Positions 28,607 to 37,869 of a DNA stretch of 64,000 nt are shown piece by piece. Where the stretch lies: assembly GCA_963722015.1 (NCBI GenBank), contig CAVRMT010000027.1, positions 1,191-65,190 of the forward strand, written 5' to 3'. The stretch comes from an uncultured Actinomycetota bacterium (GTDB lineage: Bacteria; Actinomycetota; Actinomycetes; Actinomycetales; Dermatophilaceae). A model generated the notes under the pieces. That model saw nothing but the letters and a program-made list of their open reading frames with translations, ran no database searches and was not told the DNA's origin. The first letter of the stretch is position 1. Every line of letters begins with the position of its first letter. The position numbers were made by a program, and so were the translations under genes.

Positions 28607-29695
28607 TCAGGTCGTCGGGGAGGCGGCGAAACGACGCCGCAGGGCGAGGCTGACGTAGACGAGGCCGACCAGGGCCGGGACCTCGATCAGGGGGCCGACC
28701 ACGCCGGCGAGGGCCTGACCCGATGCAGCGCCGAAGGTCGCGATGGCGACGGCGATGGCGAGCTCGAAGTTGTTGCCCGCCGCGGTGAACGCCAGGGTCG
28801 TGGTGCGCGCGTACCCCAGGCCGAGCCCGGCCCCGAGAGCGAAGCCGCCACCCCACATCACCGCAAAGTAGACCAGCAGCGGCAGCGCGATCCGGGCGAC
28901 GTCGAGCGGGTTCGACGTGATGGCGTCGCCCTGCAGGGCGAAGAGGATGACGATCGTGAAGAGCAGGCCGTACAACGCCCAGGGACCCACGCGGGGAAGG
29001 AAGGTCGCCTCGTACCACTCGCGCCCGCGGCGCCGCTCACCCAGGCGACGGGAGAGGAACCCCAGCACCAGCGGCACGCCCAGGAAGATCAGCACCGACC
29101 GGGCGATGTCCCACGTGGAGGCGTCGATCCCGGTCTGCGACAGGCCCAGCCAGCCCGGTAGCACCGAGAGGTAGAACCAGCCGAGGAGGGCGAAGGCGAA
29201 GACCTGGAACACCGAGTTGAGCGCCACGAGGACGGCGGCGGCCTCCCGGTCGCCGCAGGCGAGGTCGTTCCAGATGATGACCATGGCGATGCAGCGGGCG
29301 AGGCCGACGATGATCAGGCCGGTGCGGTAGGCCGGCAGGTCGGGCAGGAAGGTCCATGCCAGCGCGAACATGAGCGCCGGCCCGAGCACCCAGTTGAGCA
29401 GCAGCGACCCGAGCAGCAGACGACGGTCGCCGGTCACCGAGTCGAGACGGTCGTAACGGACCTTCGCCAGCACCGGGTACATCATCACGAGCAGGCCGAG
29501 GGCGATCGGCAGGGACACCCCGTCCACCTCGACGGCGGACAGGGCCCCGCCCAGACCGGGCACGAGGCGACCGAGCAGCAGCCCGACCACCATGGCCACG
29601 CCGATCCACACCGGCAGCAACCGGTCGAGGGTGGACAGTCGACCGGCCACCGGATCGTGGCTCGTGGTGGTGCTGGTCGTCACGGGGGTGCTCAC
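28607..29695 (-). CDS. acr3: ACR3-family arsenite efflux transporter
   Basis: LSTLDRLL, GLLVMMYPVLAKV, GLARCIAMV, GNNFELAIAVA, GPLIEVP. Confidence 0.96.
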   Translation of the reverse strand: MSTPVTTSTTTSHDPVAGRLSTLDRLLPVWIGVAMVVGLLLGRLVPGLGGALSAVEVDGVSLPIALGLLVMMYPVLAKVRYDRLDSVTGDRRLLLGSLLLNWVLGPALMFALAWTFLPDLPAYRTGLIIVGLARCIAMVIIWNDLACGDREAAAVLVALNSVFQVFAFALLGWFYLSVLPGWLGLSQTGIDASTWDIARSVLIFLGVPLVLGFLSRRLGERRRGREWYEATFLPRVGPWALYGLLFTIVILFALQGDAITSNPLDVARIALPLLVYFAVMWGGGFALGAGLGLGYARTTTLAFTAAGNNFELAIAVAIATFGAASGQALAGVVGPLIEVPALVGLVYVSLALRRRFAASPTT

Positions 29696-29740
29696 GGAGC
29701 GAGGGCCTTCCGGGCGGGGTTCAGGGGCTCGACGCAGATT

Positions 29741-29797
29741 CATCGAGTTTTGTCGATATGGCGGGAGGGTGTCATCCGCATCGCCGCGTGTCAATAT
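29741..29797. promoter_or_regulatory. Putative ArsR operators in the acr3/arsR divergent promoter
   Basis: Imperfect palindrome ATCGAgttttgTCGAT (29742-29757) and a related ATCGccgcgtgTCAAT (~29780-29795). Confidence 0.5.
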
Positions 29798-29834
29798 GGA
29801 CCCCCATCGATCCAACGGGAGACGGACGGCCATC

Positions 29835-30179
29835 GTGACGACGAGCAGTGCAGCCCTGCCGGACACGGCGACCAACGCCTGCTGCGGCGCATCCGTGACC
29901 CCGATGTCGCGTCAGGACGCCACCGCTCGGGCAACACTCCTCAAGGCCGTCGCCGACCCGGTGCGCCTCCAGCTGCTCGACCTCATCCGCAGCTCACCGA
30001 AGCACGAGGCGTGCGTGTGCGACATGACCGACGCGGTGGGCGTCTCGCAGCCGACGGTCAGCCACCACCTCAAGGTGCTGACCGAGGCGGGACTGCTCAG
30101 CCGCGAACGGCGAGGGACCTGGGCGTGGTTCACCCTCGTCCCCGAACGCCTCAGCGACATCCGCAGCATCTTCGACTGA
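29835..30179 (+). CDS. arsR: ArsR/SmtB family repressor
   Basis: N-terminal CC, KAVADPVRLQLL, EACVCD, SQPTVSHHLKVL, ERRGTW. Confidence 0.92.
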   Translation: MTTSSAALPDTATNACCGASVTPMSRQDATARATLLKAVADPVRLQLLDLIRSSPKHEACVCDMTDAVGVSQPTVSHHLKVLTEAGLLSRERRGTWAWFTLVPERLSDIRSIFD

Positions 30180-30210
30180 CCGTGCGGGACGCCGGGGATA
30201 GCCTGCCGTC

Positions 30211-30594
30211 ATGGCGACCCTGTGGACCATCGGCTGTGACGCCCACGACCCCCATGCCCTGGCCTCCTTCTGGGCAGGCGCACTCGGCTACATCGTCGAG
30301 CCCGGCTACGACGACCCGGACGGCGCCTCGATCGTCGACCCCGACGGTCGCGGGCCGGCGATCGGCTTCCTGCGGGTGCCCGAGCCGAAGACCTCCAAGA
30401 ACCGCGTGCACCTGGACCTCCGCGTCGCCGGAGAACCCCCCTGGGACATGGGTCGACGTGAGCAGCTCATCCTCGCCAAGGTCGAGGACCTCACCTCGGC
30501 CGGTGCCACCCGCGTGCGCGAGGAGAGGCATGACGCGGAGCTGGGTCACGTCGTGATGCTCGACCCCGAGGGCAACGAGTTCTGCGTCGCCTGA
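30211..30594 (+). CDS. VOC/glyoxalase-like protein
   Basis: DAHDPHALASFWAGALG, VPEPKTSKNRVHLDL, MLDPEGNEFCV. Confidence 0.9.
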   Translation: MATLWTIGCDAHDPHALASFWAGALGYIVEPGYDDPDGASIVDPDGRGPAIGFLRVPEPKTSKNRVHLDLRVAGEPPWDMGRREQLILAKVEDLTSAGATRVREERHDAELGHVVMLDPEGNEFCVA

Positions 30595-30820
30595 ACTGGT
30601 TGGCCGCAGGGCGTCTCCCATCGCCCGCTCAGCCGGTGGCGGGGAGGGGGCGGGGCTGGGTTCGAGGTCGGGTTCGTTGTCGCCACTCGGCGAGGGTGGT
30701 GTCGTAGGAGTCGGTGGTCAGGTCCCACTCGACCCGGGGTCTGCCACTGCCACTGTGATCACCAAGGCGGCCGCCACCGCCACCGCCGCCATGGCCACCG
30801 CTGCGGCTGCGCTGCGGCTG

Positions 30821-32122
30821 TCAGTTCCGGCCGGGTCCGTGGGTGATCCGGGCGCCGTACCGGTGGGTGTGGACGACGCTGTGGTGGGCCCGGCAGAGCA
30901 GGGCGGCGTTGTCGAGGTCGGTCGGTCCGCCGTCGGCCCAGTGGACCAGGTGGTGCGCGTCGGTCCACGCCGCGGGTCTGGAACAGCCCGGGAAGGTGCA
31001 GTGCCGGTCCCGAAGCCAGAGGTTCCTGATCTGCGCCCGGTCGAACAACCGCCGCGCCATGCCCTGGTCCAGGACCTCGCCTTGGGTGCCCAGGACGACG
31101 GGGATGACCTGGGCGTCGCACGCCAGCCGGCGCACCGTCCCGACGGTGAGGGCTTCGTCGTCCATCGTCAGCCCGGCCCCGCGGCACCGGCCCTGCAACG
31201 CATCGAGGCCGATCGTGACGACCAGCGACGTCTTGGCCTGGCGCGGCACCCCGTCCGGGGCGGACACCGCCCGGGACACGAGGTCGAGCAGGGCGTCGGC
31301 GCGGCGGGCGGCCGGGGTGCGGGAGTCCAGGTCGCCGGTGTCGGCGTCGCGTCTGGGTTTGGCCAACGCGTCAACCGCATCGTCGATGATCGCGGCGCCC
31401 TCCTCGTCCAGGACCAGGGTGTACCGCCACATCCCGACCGGCCCGGGCCCCTTGACCAGCGACCGGTGGTCCCGGCGGAGCTGGGCGTCCCGTTCCACCG
31501 CACCGTCAGGGCGGGCGACCTGCCCGGTGCGCCGGATCGCCACCGCGAGCGTGCGTTCGTCCCACCCGTGGACACCGCGGGCGGCGCCCAGCAGCTCCGC
31601 GGTCGCCCCGGCCAGCCCGACCGGGTCGGCCAGGCCCCGCACCGAGCGGTGGAACCGGCAGATCTGGGCGGCCTTGCCCACCGGCAACGCCTCCACCCGC
31701 CGGGCAGGGTCCGACGAACACGCACCCGTCACCGCAGCCACGACGTCGTCCAACCGGTGGTCGGCACCAGTGACCGACGACCCCGCCGCGACCACGGCTG
31801 CGACCACGTCAGCGTCCAGCAGGTCCCGCATCGCCAACAGCGGCGTCATCGCGTGCGCCCAGTCCACCGGCCCCCACCCCTGCCCCGACCCCAGGCTGCG
31901 CCGCTTGGCCTCGGCCAGCACCGACACCAGCAACGCCTTCGCCCCCGACACCACCTCACCCAGCGCCGTCAGCGCCGCCGCGACCTCGCCATCCCCCAAC
32001 GCCCACAACCGCTCCGGCTCCCCGGCGCACAACACGTCCCGCGCCACCGTCGCAGCACCCAGCACCGGGCGCCCTCGACCATCACCGGAGGTGAGGGTCG
32101 AACGGTCCGCACTGATCGCCAT
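30821..32122 (-). CDS. DUF222 (13E12-type) HNH endonuclease-domain protein
   Basis: RRADALL, VRRLACDA.VIPVVLG..GEVLD.G..RLF, LRDRHCTFPGC, DAHHLVHWADGGPTDLDNAALLCRAHH; G/T-skewed coding strand. Confidence 0.9.
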   Translation of the reverse strand: MAISADRSTLTSGDGRGRPVLGAATVARDVLCAGEPERLWALGDGEVAAALTALGEVVSGAKALLVSVLAEAKRRSLGSGQGWGPVDWAHAMTPLLAMRDLLDADVVAAVVAAGSSVTGADHRLDDVVAAVTGACSSDPARRVEALPVGKAAQICRFHRSVRGLADPVGLAGATAELLGAARGVHGWDERTLAVAIRRTGQVARPDGAVERDAQLRRDHRSLVKGPGPVGMWRYTLVLDEEGAAIIDDAVDALAKPRRDADTGDLDSRTPAARRADALLDLVSRAVSAPDGVPRQAKTSLVVTIGLDALQGRCRGAGLTMDDEALTVGTVRRLACDAQVIPVVLGTQGEVLDQGMARRLFDRAQIRNLWLRDRHCTFPGCSRPAAWTDAHHLVHWADGGPTDLDNAALLCRAHHSVVHTHRYGARITHGPGRN

Positions 32123-32238
32123 ACCACGAACACTATCGGCGACCACCGACAACGCCCGACCTCATCCACAGGCCCAACCGCCTTGCAGCGCAACACCATT
32201 CCGGACAGCAGACGACGGCGGGATCCGACAGCCGGGGC

Positions 32239-32970
32239 TCAGGACTTGAGGTGCGCGAAGGCCACGATGTTGTCGACGTAGTGCCCGGTGGACTGGTCGA
32301 ACGCGCCACCACAGGTGATGAGGCGCAACTCGGCGCGACCCTTGGTGTCACCGTAGACCTTGGCCGTCGGGAAGTCTGCCTTGGAGTACCGCGCGACGCT
32401 GTCCACGACGAACGTGGCCGTCGAGCCGTCCTTGCGGAGCACGGAAACCTCGGCGCCCTTCTTCAGCGAACCCAGGCGGTAGAACACCGCCGGGCCGGCC
32501 TTGCTGTCGACGTGGGCGCCGATCACGGACGGACCGAACTCGCCCGGCGTGGGGCCACCCGCGTACCACCCCGCCTGGTCGAAGTCGACGGGTGCCTCGA
32601 GCTTGCCGTTCTTGTCCAGGCCGAGGTCGATGATGCCCTTGGTCTTCACCCCGATGGAGGGGATGGTCAGCGCGGCCGGTGCGCTCGGCGACATGATGGG
32701 ACCGAAGTCGAAGGCGCTCGGTGACGGAGCCTTGCTCGCGGCACTGGGCGACGACGGCGACGGCGATGGCGACGCGGTGTCCGGGGACGATGGCGTCGGA
32801 GCAGGCGCGGCGGGCGCCTCCTGCACGGCCTGCGCGGCCTCGGGCTGCGGCGGTGCCTCGGTGCCGGCGAACGACTTCCCGACCAGGACCCCGCCCACGA
32901 TCAGGAGCACGACGGTGACCGCCGCGGCGATGATGCCACGGCGGTCACCGAACTTCGAGGAGTCAGACAT
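32239..32970 (-). CDS. Class F sortase
   Basis: N-terminal TM, AGWY..GPTPGE.G..VIGAHVD, VFYRL, LRLITCGG. Confidence 0.93.
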   Translation of the reverse strand: MSDSSKFGDRRGIIAAAVTVVLLIVGGVLVGKSFAGTEAPPQPEAAQAVQEAPAAPAPTPSSPDTASPSPSPSSPSAASKAPSPSAFDFGPIMSPSAPAALTIPSIGVKTKGIIDLGLDKNGKLEAPVDFDQAGWYAGGPTPGEFGPSVIGAHVDSKAGPAVFYRLGSLKKGAEVSVLRKDGSTATFVVDSVARYSKADFPTAKVYGDTKGRAELRLITCGGAFDQSTGHYVDNIVAFAHLKS

Positions 32971-33734
32971 CAGGCGCGGTTACGAGCCTTGCGAGCGGTG
33001 AAGGCACCGGTGCCCGCTGCGGCGACGAGCAGGCCGCCACCGAGGAGCAGCATGCCCTCGTTGTTCGGGGTGGACGTGCCACCCGCACCGGTGTCCATGC
33101 CGCCGGCCGGAGCCGCCGCGAGGACACCACAGATGGCCGGGTCGGTTGCCTCGGTGGGCAGGCTCGGGTCGAGGTCGCTCTTGGTGTCGCCGTCGTACTT
33201 GCCGTTGTCGTTGTGGTCCACACCGTGGACGACGACGACCGACTTGCCCGCGGAGATCGCCTCGGCGACATCGGTGGAGACGTTGATGCTGCCGCGCTCG
33301 TAGGTGAGCTTGCCACCGGGAGCCGTATCGAAGCGGTCGACGGCCAGGCCGCTCTTGGGCGAGGTGTCGCCGGTCTTGGTCAGGGAGACGACGATGCCAC
33401 CGTAGGCGGGACCACCATCGGTGGTGTTGAGGGTGCCGTCGCCATCAGCGTCGTCAGAAGCCGTCGGGCACTCGTTGCGGGCCTCGGCGCCGAAGTGGAT
33501 GTGCGCAGCGTGGGGCGAGTCGGCGAGCAGGCCCGAGGCGGCCATGGTCACGTCGATGCGGGTTCCGTTCACGGTCACCATGGCGGTGCCGTTGGCCGCG
33601 ACGCCGTTGAGGGCCACGGGACGCAACGTCGCCATCGTGTTGCCGTCGGCAGCCTGGGCGACGCCCGCACCGAGGAAGGGAAGGAGCGCCGCGGATCCGA
33701 GGGCGACTGTGGCGATCTTGGTGGTCGTACGCAT
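32970..33734 (-). CDS. Secreted CHRD/SOD-like beta protein with C-terminal sorting signal; likely sortase F substrate
   Basis: Signal peptide (AQA), PHAAHIH, VVVVHGVD, PAICG; PAGGMDTGAGG followed by TM and ARKARNRA. Confidence 0.75.
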   Translation of the reverse strand: MRTTTKIATVALGSAALLPFLGAGVAQAADGNTMATLRPVALNGVAANGTAMVTVNGTRIDVTMAASGLLADSPHAAHIHFGAEARNECPTASDDADGDGTLNTTDGGPAYGGIVVSLTKTGDTSPKSGLAVDRFDTAPGGKLTYERGSINVSTDVAEAISAGKSVVVVHGVDHNDNGKYDGDTKSDLDPSLPTEATDPAICGVLAAAPAGGMDTGAGGTSTPNNEGMLLLGGGLLVAAAGTGAFTARKARNRA

Positions 33735-33797
33735 TCAGGTATCTCCTTGGTGGTGCGACTCGAGGGCCGCGGTGGAAACCAACAGTTGTGCAGGTCA

Positions 33798-33823
33798 TTC
33801 GTTGTCGTCCGACAGGGGGATGG
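33798..33823 (-). promoter_or_regulatory. SigK-type ECF promoter CCATCC-N15-ACGAA
   Basis: On the minus strand 64 nt upstream of ATG 33734; one mismatch to the mycobacterial SigK consensus CCATCC-N15-CCGAA (recalled). Confidence 0.55.
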
Positions 33824-33836
33824 GTCTACCTCCCAA

Positions 33837-34310
33837 CTATTTTTCGTGGGGGTGATCTCCCCGAGAAACGCGGCGACGGCCGTGCGGGGCGACAGCCAGG
33901 GCGACCAGTGCCACCAGAGCAGCAACTGCCTCGGCCACTGCGCTCAGCGTCTTCTCCGGGAACCACACCGGCTCGTACATCGCCGGCAACGGACCGAAGC
34001 CGGGGACGTTGACATACCGGTAGAGGACGACGGCAACCACGGCACTCGCGCCGACGGCGAACGCCGCGAGCAGAGCGGTACGGCTACCGCGCCACAACAC
34101 CCACGCCGCCACCACGAGTGCCGCAACGGCCTCGATGCGGAACACGTTGCCCGCACCGATGCCCCCCGGGGCGGACTGCTGGTACCCCGGAGCCAGCCGG
34201 AGGTGCACGATCGCATCGACCACCAGAGCCACGGCGACGACCACGCGCAGCACCAGGATCACGGGGCTGGTCGCGGTGCGGTCGGGCGCAACAGTCGCGG
34301 AGGCGGTCAC
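33837..34310 (-). CDS. Four-TM membrane protein, hypothetical
   Basis: Hydrophobic helices, IVHLRLA, PAMYEPVWFPEK; overlaps the cupredoxin stop. Confidence 0.75.
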   Translation of the reverse strand: MTASATVAPDRTATSPVILVLRVVVAVALVVDAIVHLRLAPGYQQSAPGGIGAGNVFRIEAVAALVVAAWVLWRGSRTALLAAFAVGASAVVAVVLYRYVNVPGFGPLPAMYEPVWFPEKTLSAVAEAVAALVALVALAVAPHGRRRVSRGDHPHEK

Positions 34311-34756
34311 TTCACGACCAGCGTCCCGGTCATGTTCGAGTGGAACGAGCAGATGAACGGGTAGCTCCCCGGCTCACTAGGCGCCGTCAGGGTCGCGGTG
34401 CCGTTGGGGTCGATCTTCACGTCGAACCCACCCGCCTTCGACGTGACCGTGTGAGCCTGCGAGTCGACGTTCTCGATGGTGATGGTGGCGCCGGGCGCCA
34501 CCGAGGCGGGCACCTCGTACTCGAAGTCCGCGATCGAGATGACCGCTGCTGCCGCTTGTGCCGTGGTGGGGCTCGAGGAGCTCGGGTCGGCCGTCGCGGT
34601 GGTGCTGGCACCGCTGCTGGTGCTGGACTCCGACGGCGAGGACGTCGAGGACGTCGAGGACGCCGACGCACCGGCGTCCGGGTCCGTCGAGCCACACGCC
34701 GCAAGGCCGAGCGCCAGCGCCGGGACGAGTGCGAGCAGGGAGATCTTGCGGGTCAT
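34307..34756 (-). CDS. Cupredoxin-domain lipoprotein
   Basis: ATG 34756 with GGAGG RBS; lipobox LAAC; Cu ligands AHTVT and YPFICSFHSNMTG. Confidence 0.88.
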   Translation of the reverse strand: MTRKISLLALVPALALGLAACGSTDPDAGASASSTSSTSSPSESSTSSGASTTATADPSSSSPTTAQAAAAVISIADFEYEVPASVAPGATITIENVDSQAHTVTSKAGGFDVKIDPNGTATLTAPSEPGSYPFICSFHSNMTGTLVVK

Positions 34757-34882
34757 GTGTTGCCTCCAGATCGGGTGGTCGATTCGACGACCACGAGATG
34801 AGTTCGTCGCCGAGCGCGAACCGGCTTGGTGGACAGGGCGGTACTGTGCGCTTTCACCGGCGTCGGCACGGGAAGGTGCTCC

Positions 34883-35398
34883 ATGTTCTTCGACAACTGG
34901 GATGGCTTGGTACGCGTCGTGGTCGTGGGTGTGTGCGCCTACGTCGCTCTCCTGCTGCTGCTTCGCGCCTCCGGGAAGCGCACGCTGGCCAAGCTCAACG
35001 CCTTCGACTTCGTCGTCACCGTCGCCTTGGGATCCACCCTCGCCACCGTCCTGCTGTCCTCGGAGGTCGCGCTCGCCGAGGGTGTGCTGGCGATGGCGGT
35101 CCTGGTGGCCTTGCAGTTCCTCGTGGCCTGGCTGTCGGTTCGCAGCCGCAGGGTCGAAGGACTCGTGAAGTCGGAGCCGACGCTCCTCTACAGATCCGGC
35201 TTCCTGCACGGGTCGATGCGGCGCATGCGCGTGACCGAGGACGAGATCCGCCAGGCTGCGCGCGCAACGGGGAAGTCAGGTCTGGATGAGGTCTCGGCGG
35301 TGGTGCTCGAGACGGACGGCTCCCTGAGCATCCTGTCGGAGGTGCCCGCCTCCCTCGATGCGGTCGATCCAGGGGAGCGTCCCGCGCAGGATCGGTGA
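34883..35398 (+). CDS. DUF421/YetF family membrane protein
   Basis: LLRASGKRTLAKLNAFDFVVTVALGS, VVLETDGSLSI. Confidence 0.92.
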   Translation: MFFDNWDGLVRVVVVGVCAYVALLLLLRASGKRTLAKLNAFDFVVTVALGSTLATVLLSSEVALAEGVLAMAVLVALQFLVAWLSVRSRRVEGLVKSEPTLLYRSGFLHGSMRRMRVTEDEIRQAARATGKSGLDEVSAVVLETDGSLSILSEVPASLDAVDPGERPAQDR

Positions 35399-35433
35399 GG
35401 GGCTACCCGGGGAGGAACCGACCTACGTCGCTC

Positions 35434-35922
35434 TCAGCGAGACGCAGAGACCTGCCCAGCTCCGCTGGGTCGCGCGTCTGGGCGCTGGAGTGGCCCCCAC
35501 GGTTTGGGTGAGCTGAGGACGATGGTCGTCGCGGACCGGCCGAACTCGTTGAGCTCGTCGATCAGCGGCTCGAGGTCGCCAAGGTCTGCCACGGCGACCT
35601 TGAGGACGTGATCCTCAGAACCGGTGACCCTGTGGTCCTCCAGCACCGCTGGTCGCTGGGCGGCAAGCTCTGCGACTCGGAATGATTCGCGCCGACCGTT
35701 GGTGTCGACGACGATGAACGCGGTCACGCTGTAGCCAGCTGCCCGTGGATCCAGCCTGGCGTGATAGCCGGCGATCACGCCAGCGTTCTCCATCCGCCGT
35801 ACGCGGTTGGCGACGGTGGCCGGCGAGAGCCCCGACTGCCGGGCCAGCTCGCGGTACCCCCACCGCGCGTCACGTTGCAGCAATGCGAGCAGATTCCAGT
35901 CCAGTTCATCCAGATCGATCAT
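35434..35922 (-). CDS. Lrp/AsnC family regulator
   Basis: LDELDWNLLALLQRDAR..YRELAR..GLS..TVANRVRRME..GVIAGY, HRVTGSED. Confidence 0.92.
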   Translation of the reverse strand: MIDLDELDWNLLALLQRDARWGYRELARQSGLSPATVANRVRRMENAGVIAGYHARLDPRAAGYSVTAFIVVDTNGRRESFRVAELAAQRPAVLEDHRVTGSEDHVLKVAVADLGDLEPLIDELNEFGRSATTIVLSSPKPWGPLQRPDARPSGAGQVSASR

Positions 35923-36051
35923 TCGACCAACCTAGCGGATCCTGGGTCTCCGATCGCCTGACATTCGTGGCTCAAGCTGATGCAAAGTCCATAGAACCGC
36001 CCGCATCTGTGGCTCTATGTTTATCGCCATGTATACGCCAGGACGCACGCG

Positions 36052-36946
36052 ATGAACCCCCGAACGCTGATGCTCTTCGCCCTCGTATCGATCCTGTGGG
36101 GCATCCCGTACCTCCTGATCGCAGAAGCACTCGACACAGGACTGGGACCTCTCGCGATCGTCGCGGGACGCGTCCTCGTCGGTGCGCTGGTGCTCGTCGC
36201 CGTGGTCCGAACACGAGCTCTGGAGGTCCTTCGGCAGGCACCCCGAAAAACCGCACTGCTGGCAGTGGTGGAGGTCCTGATCCCCTTCACCCTCATCGCC
36301 GTTGCCGAGCGCAGCGTCACGTCGGGAACCGCAGGTGTCCTGATCTCCCTGGAGCCATTCTTCGTCCTCGTCTGGTCGGTCCTCCTCGCGTCGGGAGTCC
36401 GTCAGTCGTGGGCACGCATCCTCCCCGGATCCGTTCTGGGCTTCAGCGGCGTCCTGCTCCTCATGGGCACACCCAGCGCGGGGATCGGCGCGTGGCTGCT
36501 CATCGCAGCGGCAGCGTGCTACGCGCTCGGAGCAGTCCTGATCGACCACTGGTTCGCGGACCTCCCCAGCCTGACCGTCGCAGCGGCCATGCTGATCGTC
36601 GCAACCCCGCTGACCATGTTGACGGCGCTGACCATGGAAGGAGCCTCCTCGATGGACCACCACTGGCGCGGCAGCAGTTGTCCTGCTCGGTGCCGCCTGC
36701 ACGGCAGGAGGGTTTGCGGCATTCTTCGCCCTGATCAAGAACGCCGGAGCGCACGGCGCGAGCCTGATCACCTATGCGGCACCTGTCGTCGCGCTCGCGG
36801 CTGGCGTCACCATCCGCAGTGAGCCGGTGTCGATGCAGTCAGGCATCGGAACGGTGCTGATTCTGCTGGGTGCCTGGTTCTGCCTCCGGCAGCGACCCAC
36901 GCGGCCACGCTCGTCAACGGTCCGGGAGGCGACGCCGTCACGGTGA
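36052..36946 (+). pseudogene. EamA/DMT transporter with apparent +1 frameshift at ~36650-36665
   Basis: LWGIPYLLI, PFTLIAVAE..VTSGTAG; the +1 frame continues FFALIKNAGAHGASLITYAAPVVAL to TGA 36944-36946. Confidence 0.72.
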
Positions 36947-36985
36947 TGCGCCGACGCTTCGAGGGACGGTCGCTGCCTGAGTGTC

Positions 36986-37067
36986 TGGCTCCCCGGGTAG
37001 GAATCGAACCTACGTCGCTTGTCCTGATTCAAAGTCAGGCGGGCCCTACCAGCAGACCAACCGGGGA
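36986..37067 (-). tRNA. tRNA-Gln(TTG), 82 nt with encoded CCA, atypical D and variable regions
   Basis: Acceptor TCCCCGG/CCGGGGA, anticodon arm CCTGA-CTTTGAA-TCAGG, T arm GTAGG-TTCGATT-CCTAC; syntenic with glmU-tRNA-Gln-TetR. Confidence 0.9.
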
Positions 37068-37194
37068 ACGCCCCCGTGGAGGGACCTGCAAAGGGTAGCC
37101 AATCCAGAACGCCGAGCTCACCACCCGTACGGATCGCTGCCACCTTCCCGCGGCCTGCCGGTCCGAGGCGGACCCACGAGGCATGATGGAACGT

Positions 37195-37842
37195 GTGAGC
37201 AGCAACCATGACAAGCCCCTGACCCCGGTCGCAAGGTCACGCATGACCGGGAAGCAGCGTCGTGAGCAGCTCATCGACGTGGGCAGGAAGCTGTTCGCCG
37301 ACAAGGGTTTCGAGGGGACGACCGTCGAGGAGATCGCGACCAAGGCCAACGTCTCCAAGCCGGTCGTCTACGAGCACTTCGGGGGCAAGGAGGGCCTGTA
37401 TGCCGTCGTCGTCGACCGTGAGATCGCCGCCCTCCTCGGCGGCATCACCGGCGCGCTCAGCGCCGACCTCAACAGTCGCCAGACGCTGGAACGCGCCGCC
37501 GGTGCGTTGCTCGACTACATCGAGAGCTCGACGGACGGCTTCCGCATCCTCGTCCGCGACAGTCCCCCCGGCCAGTCGACGGGCTCGTTCGCCAGCCTGA
37601 TCTCCGACGTCGCGAGCCAGGTCGAGCACATCCTCGCCGCGGAGTTCAAGCGACAGAAGCGCGACCCGAAGACGGCCCCGCTGTACGCCCAGATGCTCGT
37701 CGGCATGGTCGCCCTCACCGCCCAGTGGTGGCTCGACTCACCCAAGATGAAGAAGGCCGACGTGGCCGCGCACCTGGTCAACCTCGCCTGGAACGGCCTG
37801 GCCAACCTCGAGGAGAAGCCCAGCCTCGCCTCGGCGAAGTAG
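37195..37842 (+). CDS. TetR family regulator (Rv1019-like)
   Basis: RREQLIDVGRKLFA..GF..TTVEEIA...VSKPVVYEHFGGKEGLY, NLAWNGL. Confidence 0.93.
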   Translation: MSSNHDKPLTPVARSRMTGKQRREQLIDVGRKLFADKGFEGTTVEEIATKANVSKPVVYEHFGGKEGLYAVVVDREIAALLGGITGALSADLNSRQTLERAAGALLDYIESSTDGFRILVRDSPPGQSTGSFASLISDVASQVEHILAAEFKRQKRDPKTAPLYAQMLVGMVALTAQWWLDSPKMKKADVAAHLVNLAWNGLANLEEKPSLASAK

Positions 37843-37869
37843 CGGCAGCAAGCCACAGCGCGCCACGCC

